Shown: positions 1 through 13,387 of the stretch, one piece after another
Position numbering within the stretch: position 1 is the first letter of the stretch
How the letters are laid out: each line of letters begins with the position of its first letter
Assembly (NCBI GenBank): GCA_003344405.1
Contig: NOWV01000303.1
Coordinates: 1 to 58,165 of the forward strand
Direction of reading: 5' to 3'
From: Trichoplax sp. H2
Lineage: Eukaryota
DNA length: 58,165 nucleotides
Notes under the pieces: model-generated
The model's database searches: none
What the model was told of the DNA's origin: nothing
The model's input: only the letters and a program-made list of their open reading frames with translations
Program-made: the position numbers and the translations under genes

Positions 1-3000
1 GGCTTGCAATAGTCTAAGTAATTATTATAAGCTCAGAATCGCTGCAACTATGAAGACCACATTACGAGTATTGAAAGTCGAAAGTACAAAGTAATTTAGA
101 TGTGTTAATATAGTCCCAAAAGATAGTTATTTCAGCTACACAGCAATCACGGTTTCAAACATGAGCATATAACGATGTCAATATTGAATGCTAAAACTCA
201 CTAAGGATGAAAATTCTACTCGTAATTTTTATAAAGCACAACTCTATTCGAGCTTGAATTTATTGCGCAGAGATTTTTTATGCAGCTAACGGGATTGTTC
301 TAGTTATCAGCTAAAATAATATTCAAGACATTTAGTCTAAATATACTACTTAGTATTTGCAATGGAATTTCTTTAAATGTATTAATTTTACTTACTATTT
401 TGGCAATTTTTTCCTTGATATCCCGGACGGCAAAGACATTGATAGCCGTTACTATGTGCTTGGCATATACCACCATTTTGACAGTTATTGGGCTTACAAT
501 AATCTGTTACAATCAAATGTGAAACAGGAAATGAAATAAAGATGTGTTATGTAAAAAATATTACTAACAGTTCGATGGGATTAGAACTATCAAAACTAAC
601 GATTTTGACATTTATTTCCATAGTATCCAGTTTGGCAATGACATTGATAGCCATTAATCTTGGCTACACATGTTCCTTTTTGACATGGGTTAGGATTGCA
701 GTAATCTATTGGCATAAATGTTTATTATCATTACTCAATAATAAGTTATTTCTCATATACGAGCACTTTAATATTTTGATGAAATAGATTTTTATGTAAT
801 GATATAAATGCTAAACAGCGGCATGATTAATTTAACAAAAGTAATTACAACAAAAATATAAGAGAAGTTCAAATTATCATATAGGTTTGCTCACAGGTAT
901 ACAAAACCTGAACGATACTGTAAAAATAGATGTAAAAAAGTAATCATAAAAAATTAGGTAATGTTCAAATTATTATTCCCTTTTCAAGGTTAATTTAAGT
1001 CATCGATATTGACGCTAAAAGTCGAAATGCAAATTATCCATTATTTAATTTCAAGCTACTAGCAACACTATCTTTATTATATTCCATAAATGTTGAAAAA
1101 GTCTTTCACTTAGTATTCTAAGAGTGTTCTGACTTGATAAAATAATCGGAAATAACTTACTTTTCTCACAATTTGTTCCGTAGAATCCATTATTACATTT
1201 ACATTTGTAGCTATTTTGCTGACGCAGACATTGACCATTACGGCAAGGAATAGGATTGCAATAATCTTGGGAAAAAATAATTTAAAATCTTCAATATATT
1301 GCTTTAAGGTGTTCATTTGTTATGAAGTAAAGCGATGGGCTTACCGGACTGACATCTAGCTCCATAGTAGCCAGCTTTACATCGACATTCATAACGATTT
1401 TGTTTAGAAACACACGTAGCGTCATTCTGGCAAGGACTAGAATTGCAATAGTCTAACAGTGGTATAGAGAAATGGATGATTTCGATTATATGATATCGAA
1501 CAAAATATATGAACATGATCTTCAAATCAGACTCTAAATTTTGCGTAAATACATAGGTGTATAAAAATTTTTCAATATGTTGGATGACTCTTTAATACTG
1601 TATGTAAACAATTAGAATATATTAACATACATTAAATTTAGTAAGTCTTAAGAGATATGAGAAGGATATGTGCAATAAAAATATCTCACGAATAACTGTC
1701 TTAGACCAATGAAATTTTCTAAGAGACTTTTATTATAAGGTTTTAAGAATAGTAGAGTAATAATTGATTACTACAAGAATCTAGTCTAATATTTAAAGTA
1801 TTTCGAGCTCAAAGTAAAGTGAAGTTTCTCTCTCCTTTAAGCTCATCTCTGTAGTTCTTAAATACTTTCGTTGAATCCATTCACGACAACATAATTAACT
1901 ACAATCAGGCTGGAGACATCAAGCAGAATACTTTTCCTCAAATAAAACATTTTTATCTTCTACAATCCGAATCGTTCTACTTAAGATATTACTACTCTGC
2001 TATTAATGTCCAGCACCCTTTGGTGTTAAGTATCTTCACAATTACAGTATATTATGCCATATAAATCTTGTAACATAATTAGTCATCAATAATTTCTAAT
2101 ATATTAGTTAGCAATCATTTAATATTAGTATCACGATAATACCTATTCTTAGTATCCTAACTATGTCAAATATAGCTATCATTATAATCAAATATGAGGT
2201 ATATCACTACAACATGTAATTATTTAACATGCTTTGGGAATATTGTTTTCGATTAAAATTTCAATTCCAATACTAATACACTATTAGTTTGTGAGAAAAT
2301 TTAGATTCTTACTGATCTGACATTGAGCACCAAAGTAATCTGTAAAGCAATGACACTGGTAGCCTTCACTGGTTAGCTGACAATTTCCATTTCTGCATGG
2401 ATTTGGATTGCAGTAATCTGTAGAATGAATAATTTATTTTGAGCGTTATCGCAAATAAACATATCCACATGATCTGGTATTCGTAACATACTCGATTCAC
2501 AACGAGTTCCGTAGTATCCATAATTGCAATTGCATTGGTAGCCATATCGTTGAGTTATACATCGGCCATTTGTGCAAGGATTAGGATTACAGTAATCTAC
2601 AAGCATGTTTTTTATGACACTAATTAGATATCGTATTAACAACCTCTTATCAGTTAATTTCTCAACCTAAAGCTCTGAAAATAATAGTACATTTAAGTTA
2701 GAAATTTTAATTTACTCGTATTTTCTGAATTTGTCGAAAATATCGCTATCCTATCTTTTAGTTTATGAACTATTACTCATGATATTCTAGTGTACAAGGT
2801 GTCTGTATGTATCTGAAATAAAGGACATTTAAATATATCAAACTAATATCATATGTTGTATTAAGCCTAATTTTATAACTAAAAAGACTTAATTGAACAA
2901 TGAATTGTATACCTAATGTGAAGTATGATTCTGGTTTATTCATAAATAACGGTAAATAAGTAACGTTTAGTATCTTTAATACTACGGTATGGTACAGGTT

Positions 3001-6000
3001 ATTGTGCTTGATAGTCTGTAACTACCTACAGTCCCTATGCTATTACTTGCAATCATTTGCTATACCTAGATTATTATAACGTATGTTACAATTAGTTTTA
3101 CATTCTGATTTTTCGCTTTTGTTCTATCTCATAGGCATTGACATGGCGAAATTATACTTTAAATATCAGCTATCGTTACAGATATTGCAATTGTTATAGC
3201 TGCCACCTTACTCACAATAACTTGTTACAACTAGCTTGCTGATCTACTTTAAAAATTAAAATCTGTGTTAGATATTATTCAGATTATCATACAATATTGA
3301 CATCTTGATCCATAGTAGCCGACAGTGCATTGACATCGGTATCCATTTGCATTTACAATGCAATTCCCGTAAATGCATGGTCGAGAATCGCAATAATCTA
3401 TTACATACGATAAGAAATTTTGAAATAAGCTACAATACTTTAACTTGCTATAAACAGATGTAAGCAAGTCTATCAGACTAAACGGAAACTTACTGCTTTG
3501 ACAATTCTTTCCATAATATCCTATATTACATTTACATTTATACCCACTACTTTGTAAAATACATTGACCATCTTGGCAAGGATTGGGGTTGCAGTAACCT
3601 GTTTGAGAAAATAACGAAATTTGGCTACAATATTAAACTTTACTGGTGTAATAGAAGTATTCGATTTAATTTTTTGATTGTATCCACTAACTGAATTGGC
3701 AATGAATTCCATGGTAGCCAGCTCTACAACGGCATTGATAGCCATTTACGATAGCTACACACTGTCCATTTTGACATGGATTTGGACTACAATATTCTAT
3801 GAGACAGTTAAATTATATCAAGCCTAAATATAAAGTCATAAATGTTGCTATTTATCATGAGTAATAGGCTAATTTATCGTATGTATATTTAATAACAGTT
3901 TGTAAAACTGTACAATTTAAATGTGTCAAAAAATTTAATATAAGTTTGATAAGTAAATGCTATAAGTTAGTAGCGAAATTATTTAAATTTCTGATTGTAC
4001 CATAGTAGGAATAAGCTGACTAGTGCAATAATCGTGAATTTGCTCAGAATACAATATATATAAAATTTACTTAAATGGCAGTTTTTCCCATAATATCCTG
4101 ATTTGCATTGGCAAGTATAGCTGGTTGGATTAGAAATACATTGACCATGTTGGCATGGATTGGGCAGGCAATGATCTGTATGGAAGAGTAAGATGATATC
4201 ATTTAATTGATGGGAAGAAATTTACGGTAGAGTAGGTGACTGTTATTGCGCTTAGTTTATAGTCACAAATAGCAATTAATCTATCATTTTAAAGTGATTT
4301 GATACGGTATAATAGTAATTTAATGCTGATTTGAAAAAATAGTATTTACATTTGAAAGTTTATAACGCCTCAAGAAATCTTAAATGTCTAATAGTATGAA
4401 CGATGGAATTTGCTCTAAAATTTACGTCGATTATAATTATATAAGAACAACGATGCTGAAACATGAAGCAGCACTGTCTGACAAGATTTAGAGTTATTAA
4501 AATTATTATAATTGACACCAGTGTTGTAAATCGCATTTTATTGATTACATCATAAAAATTTTATATAGATGCTTTCAAGCTAACATCCAAGTTCATACAG
4601 TCTATAAAGTGTCTAATTTCTAGTAAAAAGTCTTACTAATGTCGCAATTTATGCCATAATAACCACTTTTACATGTGCATTTATGTCCGCTGGTAGTTCG
4701 TCGACATTGGCCGTACTGGCATGGATTAGGATTACAGTAATCTAAAAAGTGTTTACAAAAGAAAACAACATGAAAATTTGTTCTGTGAAGTTATAATTGA
4801 TTTAACAAATACTGATAATGATTAATCTATAACGCAAAATTAACAAAATCTAAGTAGAGATTTATAACATTAGCGAGAAAAACAGAGGTGAACCACAGAC
4901 CTAGATGATATTTTAGATACGCAAGAGCGCAGAATTACAATTAAAACTTTGTTAAAACAGCGATTTATTATGGATAGTCTTTATCATTATTACCTTTCTC
5001 ACATTTGGCACCATAATAACCAGACTGACACTGACATTGATATCCATGGGCATTTACGATGCATTTGCCGTTAATGCATGGATTAGAAGCACAAATTTCT
5101 ATAATATGTGGGTCCTTCAGAAATTTACATTTACCAGATAATTCGATAAGTAATCACATCTTACGCGATTGGCAATTGGTACCATAATAACCAAGCTTGC
5201 ATCTACAGATATAGCTTGATGCTATTGAAATACAGCTACCATGATGGCACGGATTAGAATCACAATAGTCTATCACCGGTAATGATCAAAACGGAAAAGC
5301 AAAATAAGTCAGATAAGGCGATACTATAAACAACAGAAAAGTAACTACAAGTCCAGTATTTATTAAAAGTGAGGAATTTGTTACTTAAATAAGTCATGAA
5401 ATATAATAATAGGGACGAAAATTTTATCCAAATGTCATTGTATTTGAATACTCGTATAAGCCTAACTTATGATTATCCGATGAAGCATTAACTGACAAGA
5501 CTTACTTGATTCGCAATTTATTCCATAATATCCATTGGCACATCGGCAGAGATATCCTCTTGCCTTTAAGCTACAAGTACCATACTGACAAGGATTGGGA
5601 TGGCAATAATCTAATTATAAATTTACCATGATAAGGTATAATAATTGATTAGGAAATAAGAATTTCAAAATTTCTTTAAGTACATATGATATTGCATGAA
5701 TGCTAACGGCTGCAAAGTTGTGGAAAAGTTAGAATATATAATCTAATCACCGTAAAAATATTTTGACGTGATTATAGAATAAGTCAACAAACTTATGAAG
5801 CTGTTAATTAATGCTTTGAACTCAACTCAGCTGACAATGAACTCCATGATATCCAGTATTACAGTGGCATTGATAGCCATTCGCGGAAACAGTGCAAACT
5901 CCATATTGGCATGGGTTTGGATGACAATAATCTAAGAACAATAATTAAAGGTGATTGATGACTTGCTACTAAGAGCGTATAATAGAATTTAAAATCACTC

Positions 6001-9000
6001 AATTCTGAGCCATCACTTAATGTTAACTGAGAATAAGGTTAAGACCATCATGGAATAGCAGATAAATATTCAATCAAGAAAGTGAGGCAAGATTCTTATA
6101 AACTACCAGCTATATTATTCGTATGTTTTTAAGTTTTAATTTCAAAGATCTTTGTTACCGAGACTGCTGTCATTAACATAACTTTTATTGGTCTTTATAT
6201 ACAAAGAGAGATTAATCATGGACTCTTGTTATAGCCTAAAGGGTATCTTAGACAGGTGAATACGGCATTAAAATATATTTAAAATTAATGAAAGTGAAAA
6301 TAATATAGAAATGAGTCATTTTAGCATGTGTCTCCTCGAGATTACGATTATATTGTAGTTGATGATGTTACAAATTATTCAGAAATTTATGGTAATGTGT
6401 CTGTAGTCACGATTTATTAATTATACGATATGTAGTATTTCTTAGTGATTGGAATTATTTATTTTATGTCAATACTTACACATTTGGCAGATTTTGCCGT
6501 AATATCCTTTACGACATTGACATTGGTAACTTCCATTTTGGACTAAGCAACGACCATTAACACAAGGGTTTGGATTGCAATAATCTGATTTTAAAGCAAA
6601 GCTGTTACATTTGTATAGAAGAAAATTGGGAATTTTATTTTAATACTGAAAATCAGCTATAAAATAATTTTATTTTATTGTTGTTCAAATGACTCACTGT
6701 ATTGACAGTTTATACCATAGTAACCCTTTCTACACAGACACTGATAGCCATTAACTCGTGGCAAACATTGACCATTTTGACAAGGATTAGGTTTGCAATG
6801 ATCTGTCAGTTATAGTATTTAAGTTAATACTGTGATATCATAAATTAATAGTCTTTGATAACACTTTAGCTTATTTTATTGGTACTACAATAGAATCCAA
6901 ACTATACCTGTTCCCTTGTAGTATAATTACTTTTAAATTGGAAATATACCTAGTTGACATTTTGCTCCATGGTGCCCAGTATTACACGAGCACTGAAAGC
7001 TGGTTCGGTTCGCCGTGCATTCCCCATTTTGGCAAGGATTAGGTAGACAATAATCTGAAAATAGGTATATTTATTAGACACGTACTTAAAAATTTAGTTA
7101 TCGACTTGCAAAGTGTAGGATTTAATTGAAAATGCAACTCATCATTAAGTAGAACTGTCTACTTAGTTGGCATTTTGATCCATAATATCCAATTTCACAG
7201 CGACATTGGAAATTATTTCGAATTGCAATGCACTGACCATTTAGGCAAGGGTTAGGGTGACAATAGCCTTGAATAACAATCGGAAATCGATTTAATTGAT
7301 CAGTTTAAGGATTTCAAGTTAGCTTATTAAATTAATAGACGTCTTTCTTTTCGACCGTCAAAATTTATAATTAACTACTCTCCACTAAAAACTAATGAGC
7401 TGGCTCATCATATTAGGCAATATATACTATTAGAGTTTTACTAGACGTTTAAAAATAAGAAATTTAATCTAGATACTATATTCATTTGTGCTAACTTAAT
7501 TCACAATATTTTCCATGGTATCCAATATTACACAGGCATTCATAAGTTTCTTTTGCAGCTTTACATGTTCCATTGCGACAAGGATTAGATTGACAGTAGT
7601 CTAACCATCAAATAGAAATAATTATTACACAATATGATTTTTAATCATGAAAGAAGTAAAAAGCCTTCTGAATATACAGTAACTTCTTACTATTTTCACA
7701 ATGGGCTCCATAATATCCAATTGGACACTGACATCGATAGCCATTCTCAGTTTCGATACATTGCCCAAATCGACAGGGACTAGACTGGCAAGGACCTATC
7801 AAGACATTGAAAAATTTTGAGCTATTTCATCAACCATAAATTGGCTACATTGGTAATCATGTTATTTTTCTGTATTCAAAATCACGTTATTTTATGTTTA
7901 TATGTTAATTGAACCAAAAATATTTAAATTACATTTGCTGATGCAATTTAAGCACAATTTTGTTAGTTGGTTATATCTTACTATTCTAGTCATAGAAAGT
8001 AATATATGATTATAAAAATCTAATAGTGTTCTAAATCTGCAAGCTGCTAGGAAAGCATTTTAGAGATTATTGTAATATCATAGCTGTAATAGATTCCTTT
8101 TGAAACTCAATTTAATAATCTATTAACTGCTATGATGGTAGATCATTTTTGCTTTGCTTTAGATAAGTCATTAGTAGGATAGAAGGTAGCTATGGAGAAT
8201 TGCATGCATACTTTATGTTCTTTCAAGTGTTATTGGCTCTAGTGAGTTTAATATTTTATCATTTTATTGTCTTTTAGAGACAGAAATAATTAACTCACTA
8301 AATTGGCAGTTGATTCCGTAAAATCCTCCAGTGCAATCGCACTTATACCCATCAAGCTCTGAAATACAACGACCATGATGACAAGGGCTGCTTGAACAGT
8401 AATCTAAATTGTTTCAATAGAAGGTTTATACGTAAATTTACTATAAATGAGCAACTAGTTATATGAAAGATGTTGAATGATGATTTCATGTTTGTCACAC
8501 CATCTTCAAGCTTTATTTTGATTACTTATGTGGCAATTCTTTCCAAAATATCCCACTTGGCATTTGCAACGATATCCATCTTCAGTTGTTTGACATCGAC
8601 CACGATTCTGGCATGGATTTGGATGGCAAGAGTCTAATATGTCGATTTTTTAGGAAGAAATATATGGAAATTTATTTTAATGCAATAACTTTCAAAGTGT
8701 TTTCCAAAAGGTAGCAAAAATTTTTAGAGTATGGTGTCCATTTCTAATAAATTTACCCTGAATGTGGCTGCAGTAATGCAAATAGCATGCAGAGAGTATG
8801 TCCAACTTATATGCCATAAATTTCAAACACTGATGAATTCTAATGGACACTTTGAGCGAACACCTGCGAAGCCCAAAGTGGAAGCAAAACTTTCTAATTG
8901 TACCACCTATGATGAAATTGATTTCAGATATTAAGTCATATATCCATAGAAAAGGTTGAAATAGAAGGTACGCGTATGTTTCAAAGTCAATAATGTGTAG

Positions 9001-12000
9001 AAGCATAAATGACCACCTCCTAATATTTTCTAAAGTTACACAAATTATAGGAAAATACTTGTGGTTGCGAATACGAGTCTATTTCATTAAACATTGGAAA
9101 TATAATATAGCTATGATGGAACTTTGCTTAATAATTAAGAGTAGGATAGTAGAAATTAAACTAGAAATTGCATTAGTTCAAATTTTTAAAATAGATTTTA
9201 ATTAAAATTTCAGCGACATTTAAGATTAACTGTTGTTTGTAGGAGTAGGAACTTACTGCCTTTATTGGTGCTAACCCATCTGGCAATAGCTGAACAGTTA
9301 TTATTAGGATAACTGTGATACCAACTTGGAGGAGTTTTTGACTGGCTAGCAATGACATGGCAACGATTACGTATAGCATTTAACTGGAAGAAGTTTGGTG
9401 TTGTAATTAAGGAGTCATTTAAGCGTATTGTATCATTGGCACAGGGATCTATAAGTTATTTGTTCGTCATAAATTGCGTGAAATGATAAATACCAATTCG
9501 AATAAAAATTCTAAATGATCATAGTTTAAGCTAATTTTAAGTTCTGTTCTCATGTTATCAATAGTTGAAAGTTATACTTGAATATGTAAAATACAATTTT
9601 AAATTATTGATACGGGCTATAGCAAAGATATTTAAGTTTATACAATCCAAATGCAAACTGCATTAAATGTTGTGACTTTAAAATATTATAGTACCTATGC
9701 ACGAGTGATTATCTGCTGCAAGTTCCTGACCAGCTGGGCAACTACAGTAATAACTATGAGCCACGTTATGACACTTTCCTTCGCATCCGCCATTATTATG
9801 CCAGCATTCATTTATATCTAAAAATGAGATAGATTAGATAATTTTATGACTAAAACAAGTGATTGTATATCCGCTCTAACATTAAATAAAATCGATATCA
9901 TTAATTACTCTTTTAGCCAACGCCGCCATTATCAATAGCATAGAAATATGTATGCAATGATTCAGCAAAGTACCAATCTACCAATTCAAGCAAGGTGATA
10001 TAATTATTCTAATGACTTGCCTGCATCACATCGTGAACCCGTTATACCATTTTGGCATACACACGTATACTTATTAACATGATCGATACAACTTCCTTTG
10101 TAGCATGGATTAGAAGCACATTCATTAATATCTATATCGTCAAAATAAAAGCAAAGTATCACTGTAGCATTTAGTCTGCATCTAATTTATCAATCAAATG
10201 AGCAAAAATTAGTAGCAAAAATTAGTAGCAAAAATTAGTAGCAAAATTAGTAGCAAGAAAGTGTTAAATCGCTGATAGATACGATCTGTAACATCATGTA
10301 ATCAATTGCATCTTGTAATTATCATAAACAGCTATCGATGCGTAAAGAAGCAAAGGGCTTTGACAAATTATCATGCAAAATTTAAATAGAAATAATTACA
10401 AAACTATTCTTGACTATAAAAATTAAAAGAATTACAAATAGATTATTAAAGAATATAAATTTACTAGTACTTAAAATACTGCTACGAAGGCATATCACAC
10501 CTAGTTCACAATAGTTGCCTGTATATCCAGCTGAACAGTTACAGTGAAATCCCAATAAAATTTGCTGACAATGTCCATTCATGCAAGGATTAGGCTTGCA
10601 ATAGTCTGCAATTAAAACAAAATTTTCATTTACTCATGCACTATAGAATAGCACCAAAAGTATATTGGCCAAAGAAAATCTAGCATTTAATTAATAGGCA
10701 TGATCAGGCTTATCATTAGATAGATCTATTTATCATCATTTACATCATCTAAAAGATGTCGAAATTGTAAAGGCTTCGTAGTAAAACTCATTAACGTTAC
10801 TACCTTACTGCACTGCATCTAGTTACAAGATCTATTATGCCGACTTAATTTGTAAAAACTATGTGGTATCGTAAAAATAGAAATAATTGGCCTTATGTTA
10901 TAACTTAGGCGATTATTAAATTAAAAAAACATAGATGATCTATACACTAATTGTAATCGAATGACAACTGTAAAATTTTTACGTACCATAGCGATCAGAG
11001 CAGTAGCGAAGATAACATCGTGGTGGAGGAGGTAGTTGGTAGACATAATAACTACCACAGTTTTTGATGCGAACGGTCTGTTTCCAGTTGCAATCATTAG
11101 GACCCCATGTAAAGCAGACTGTTGCATTGACGATTCCTTGACTAACTGATAAATATCATTTCAGAAGCTTTAAATATTACTTATTCCAGAGAGATTTAGG
11201 GTATTTATGCTATAGTCATCACAGCATATTATATTCATTGATTATTGCTTAAATAAAAATTAAATTACTATTAGACTCAATGCTAAAGACGATCGATTAT
11301 CAACAGAAATATCTTCGATATTGAAATAGAATTTTTACCTGTAGGATGAATTTGTGCAAGCCATCCCGTAGATACCGTGCCACATCGTATCATACTCACT
11401 TTAGTGGTAGGCATCATTTGGCTCGATAGGCCACCATTAAATCGATACCAAGTAAAATTATTGTGTTGTAGAATATCACGATCGCATTGTATTGTGGAAC
11501 CAGGAGATGTTGTAACTGATCTTGTAACATCTTTTATCTCTGCATGTGATATGCACGGATCTACAATCGAAATATTTTCGAGTGATATCATATCATTAAG
11601 AAAGGCTATGTAACTGTATTGGAAAGTTCATCATATTGTCTTCTTTACCTATACACGTATAACGATCAAGCAATAATGCGTTGCCTCTTTTACATGAACA
11701 GTAATAACTTCCTGGAATATTTATGCAAATATCAGCACACTGTGAAATTTTGAGCTGGCATTCATCGATATCTAAGTTCAGTTTGAAAAACCAGCACCAA
11801 TAACTGGAATTAGATTTGTTTATTTTATAATTGCATCGCTATTTCAAGCTTAGACTACCACTGCTATGGCAAGTGATAGGAAATAATACCGTACCTAGAT
11901 TACAATTCTTTCCTGTATAGCCTTTCGAGCAGAGACACCGGTAGTTATGACCATCTGCTTTACAAGCACCATGAACACAAGGATTACTCTTGCATGGATC

Positions 12001-13387
12001 GATTGCTATATCAGATAAATTGTTGATTAAATCTATTAAATCATTCAATTTTAAATACAAGTTTAGGCATTCTTTAGAATAGCAGCTAACGTACTGCTAT
12101 AAATTGCCACTCATTAATAGCTACAATTACCAATTTGACAATTTTGACCGATAAAATCCTCTGGACAGTGACAAATATACTTCTGACTAGTTCTGCTACA
12201 TGTACCATCGTGTTGACATGGATTTGGATCGCAGTGATCTGAAATTATGGATGAAGAGACATTGGTGACATCTAAATCTAACTTCACCTAATAAAGATTA
12301 AAATCTACGGCGGATACGATATTAGAACTGAATTCAAGAGATTACCTACTGCATTTGAGCAATAACGAGCACATACAGGCATTTTACTTGTTGATGGTAG
12401 CTGATAAATGATAAAATCGCCACAGTTTTTGACTTGAATAGTAGAATTTAGAAAGCAACATTGACTAGGGAGGCCAAAACAAACGGTTCTATTAACCACT
12501 AGATCAGATACTAGCAGATCAGAGATACCAATCAGAATATCCGGACATTGAGGAATATACACAAAAGGATATTAAAAAGGTATTAAAATTAGGTTACTTT
12601 CTTTCAAGGTAAGTACTAAAGGCAAGCTTACTCTAATTTAATTGCTAATTGTAAAGCTTTACAAGAACAACTCTTGTTTCGATACCTCTTCGTTAAAGTA
12701 GCGTTTATATGTCCGTACCTTTTGGATGACTGCCTCGCATCCAACCCGTTGATAAAGTAGAGCACTTTCCATAACCTTTGACGCATTTAGTTTCTATCTG
12801 TTGGCTTACATTTCCAGCAGAAAATCGATACCAATTATGAGTCAGTTTGTTATCACATCGATATATCAACTGATTTTGACTTGAAGTTGATAATACCGAT
12901 CTACTCCTGTCACGTAAAATATCATAATTCTGGCAAGGATCTATTGTAGATTAAATAAATAAATCACTGCAAGTTACATTTTTCATCCACTACGTGTAAG
13001 AGAAGACTAATCTTAAATTATTTTGATTAAATTATGATCATTCCTTAAACTGAAGGCAGTAATAATTTATTTAATCTATTTCATTTTATTACTTGAATAA
13101 GGTGTTTTACCCGCAGTTAAAGATAGGTTATATAGGGTGGCTAGGACCTATAAGAATAGATATTGGCGAATTGCAAATATTCATCGCTTTATAACTACAT
13201 GCACTTACATCGCAATACGCAAAAGCCCACTAGTTTTCAAATATGCTAATTTTAATTAGATAACTGGATCTCATTAGAAGACTTATCAACAGTACTTTCA
13301 AGAAGATAGCTATAAAGTAAATTTTATTCTTTAGCTTACCATAATGCACTTAAAAATTGTTTTATAAAATTTTTTGCATGCCGCCAT
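1..13387 (-). CDS. Gene A (3' end outside window): secreted multi-EGF protein with three D8C/uromodulin-like domains; SP-D8C-EGF3-D8C-EGF3-divergent D8C-EGF>=24
   Basis: Exons in transcript order: 13340-13387 ([16 protein letters not shown]), 13111-13147 ([12 protein letters not shown]); D8C 12719-12940 + 12346-12510; EGF 12131-12238, 11895-12005, 11649-11771 (DIDEC, Ca-binding type); D8C 11339-11560 + 10987-11145; EGF 10501-10605, 10021-10131, 9695-9817; divergent D8C 9257-9448 + 8757-8906; EGF 8526-8633, 8299-8403, 7691-7795, 7496-7600, 7163-7267, 6950-7054, 6698-6802, 6480-6584, 5827-5931, 5506-5610, 5165-5269, 4994-5098, 4637-4741, 4071-4175, 3692-3796, 3494-3598, 3293-3397, 2492-2596, 2313-2417, 1345-1452, 1161-1265, 601-705, 396-503, partial 1-13. 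Domain exons have AG/GT (one GC) ends, lengths divisible by 3 and open frames; EGF exons keep the 6-Cys pattern (e.g. [35 protein letters not shown]). Confidence 0.9.
10201..10256. repeat. 13-bp tandem repeat (AGCAAAAATTAGT) x about 4
   Basis: Directly visible in a gene A intron. Confidence 0.9.
10987..11560 (-). other. Core D8C domain exon pair of gene A (equivalent pairs: B 26100-26808, C 42863-43638, D 56420-57459)
   Basis: CDRDIL..WYRFNGG.SQMMPTT.VSM..CGT.S.GWL...HPT / [10 protein letters not shown]....[30 protein letters not shown] is conserved in all four genes. Confidence 0.9.
12346..12940 (-). other. N-terminal D8C (UMOD/GP2/OIT3-like) domain exon pair unique to gene A among the complete N-termini
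   Basis: DPCQNY...[43 protein letters not shown] / [42 protein letters not shown] matches the uromodulin pattern WYRF..ETC...RC.T..P.WL.G.HP...G.V.R..C.....CC.W...V.VK.C...YYVY.L...C...YC. Confidence 0.88.
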
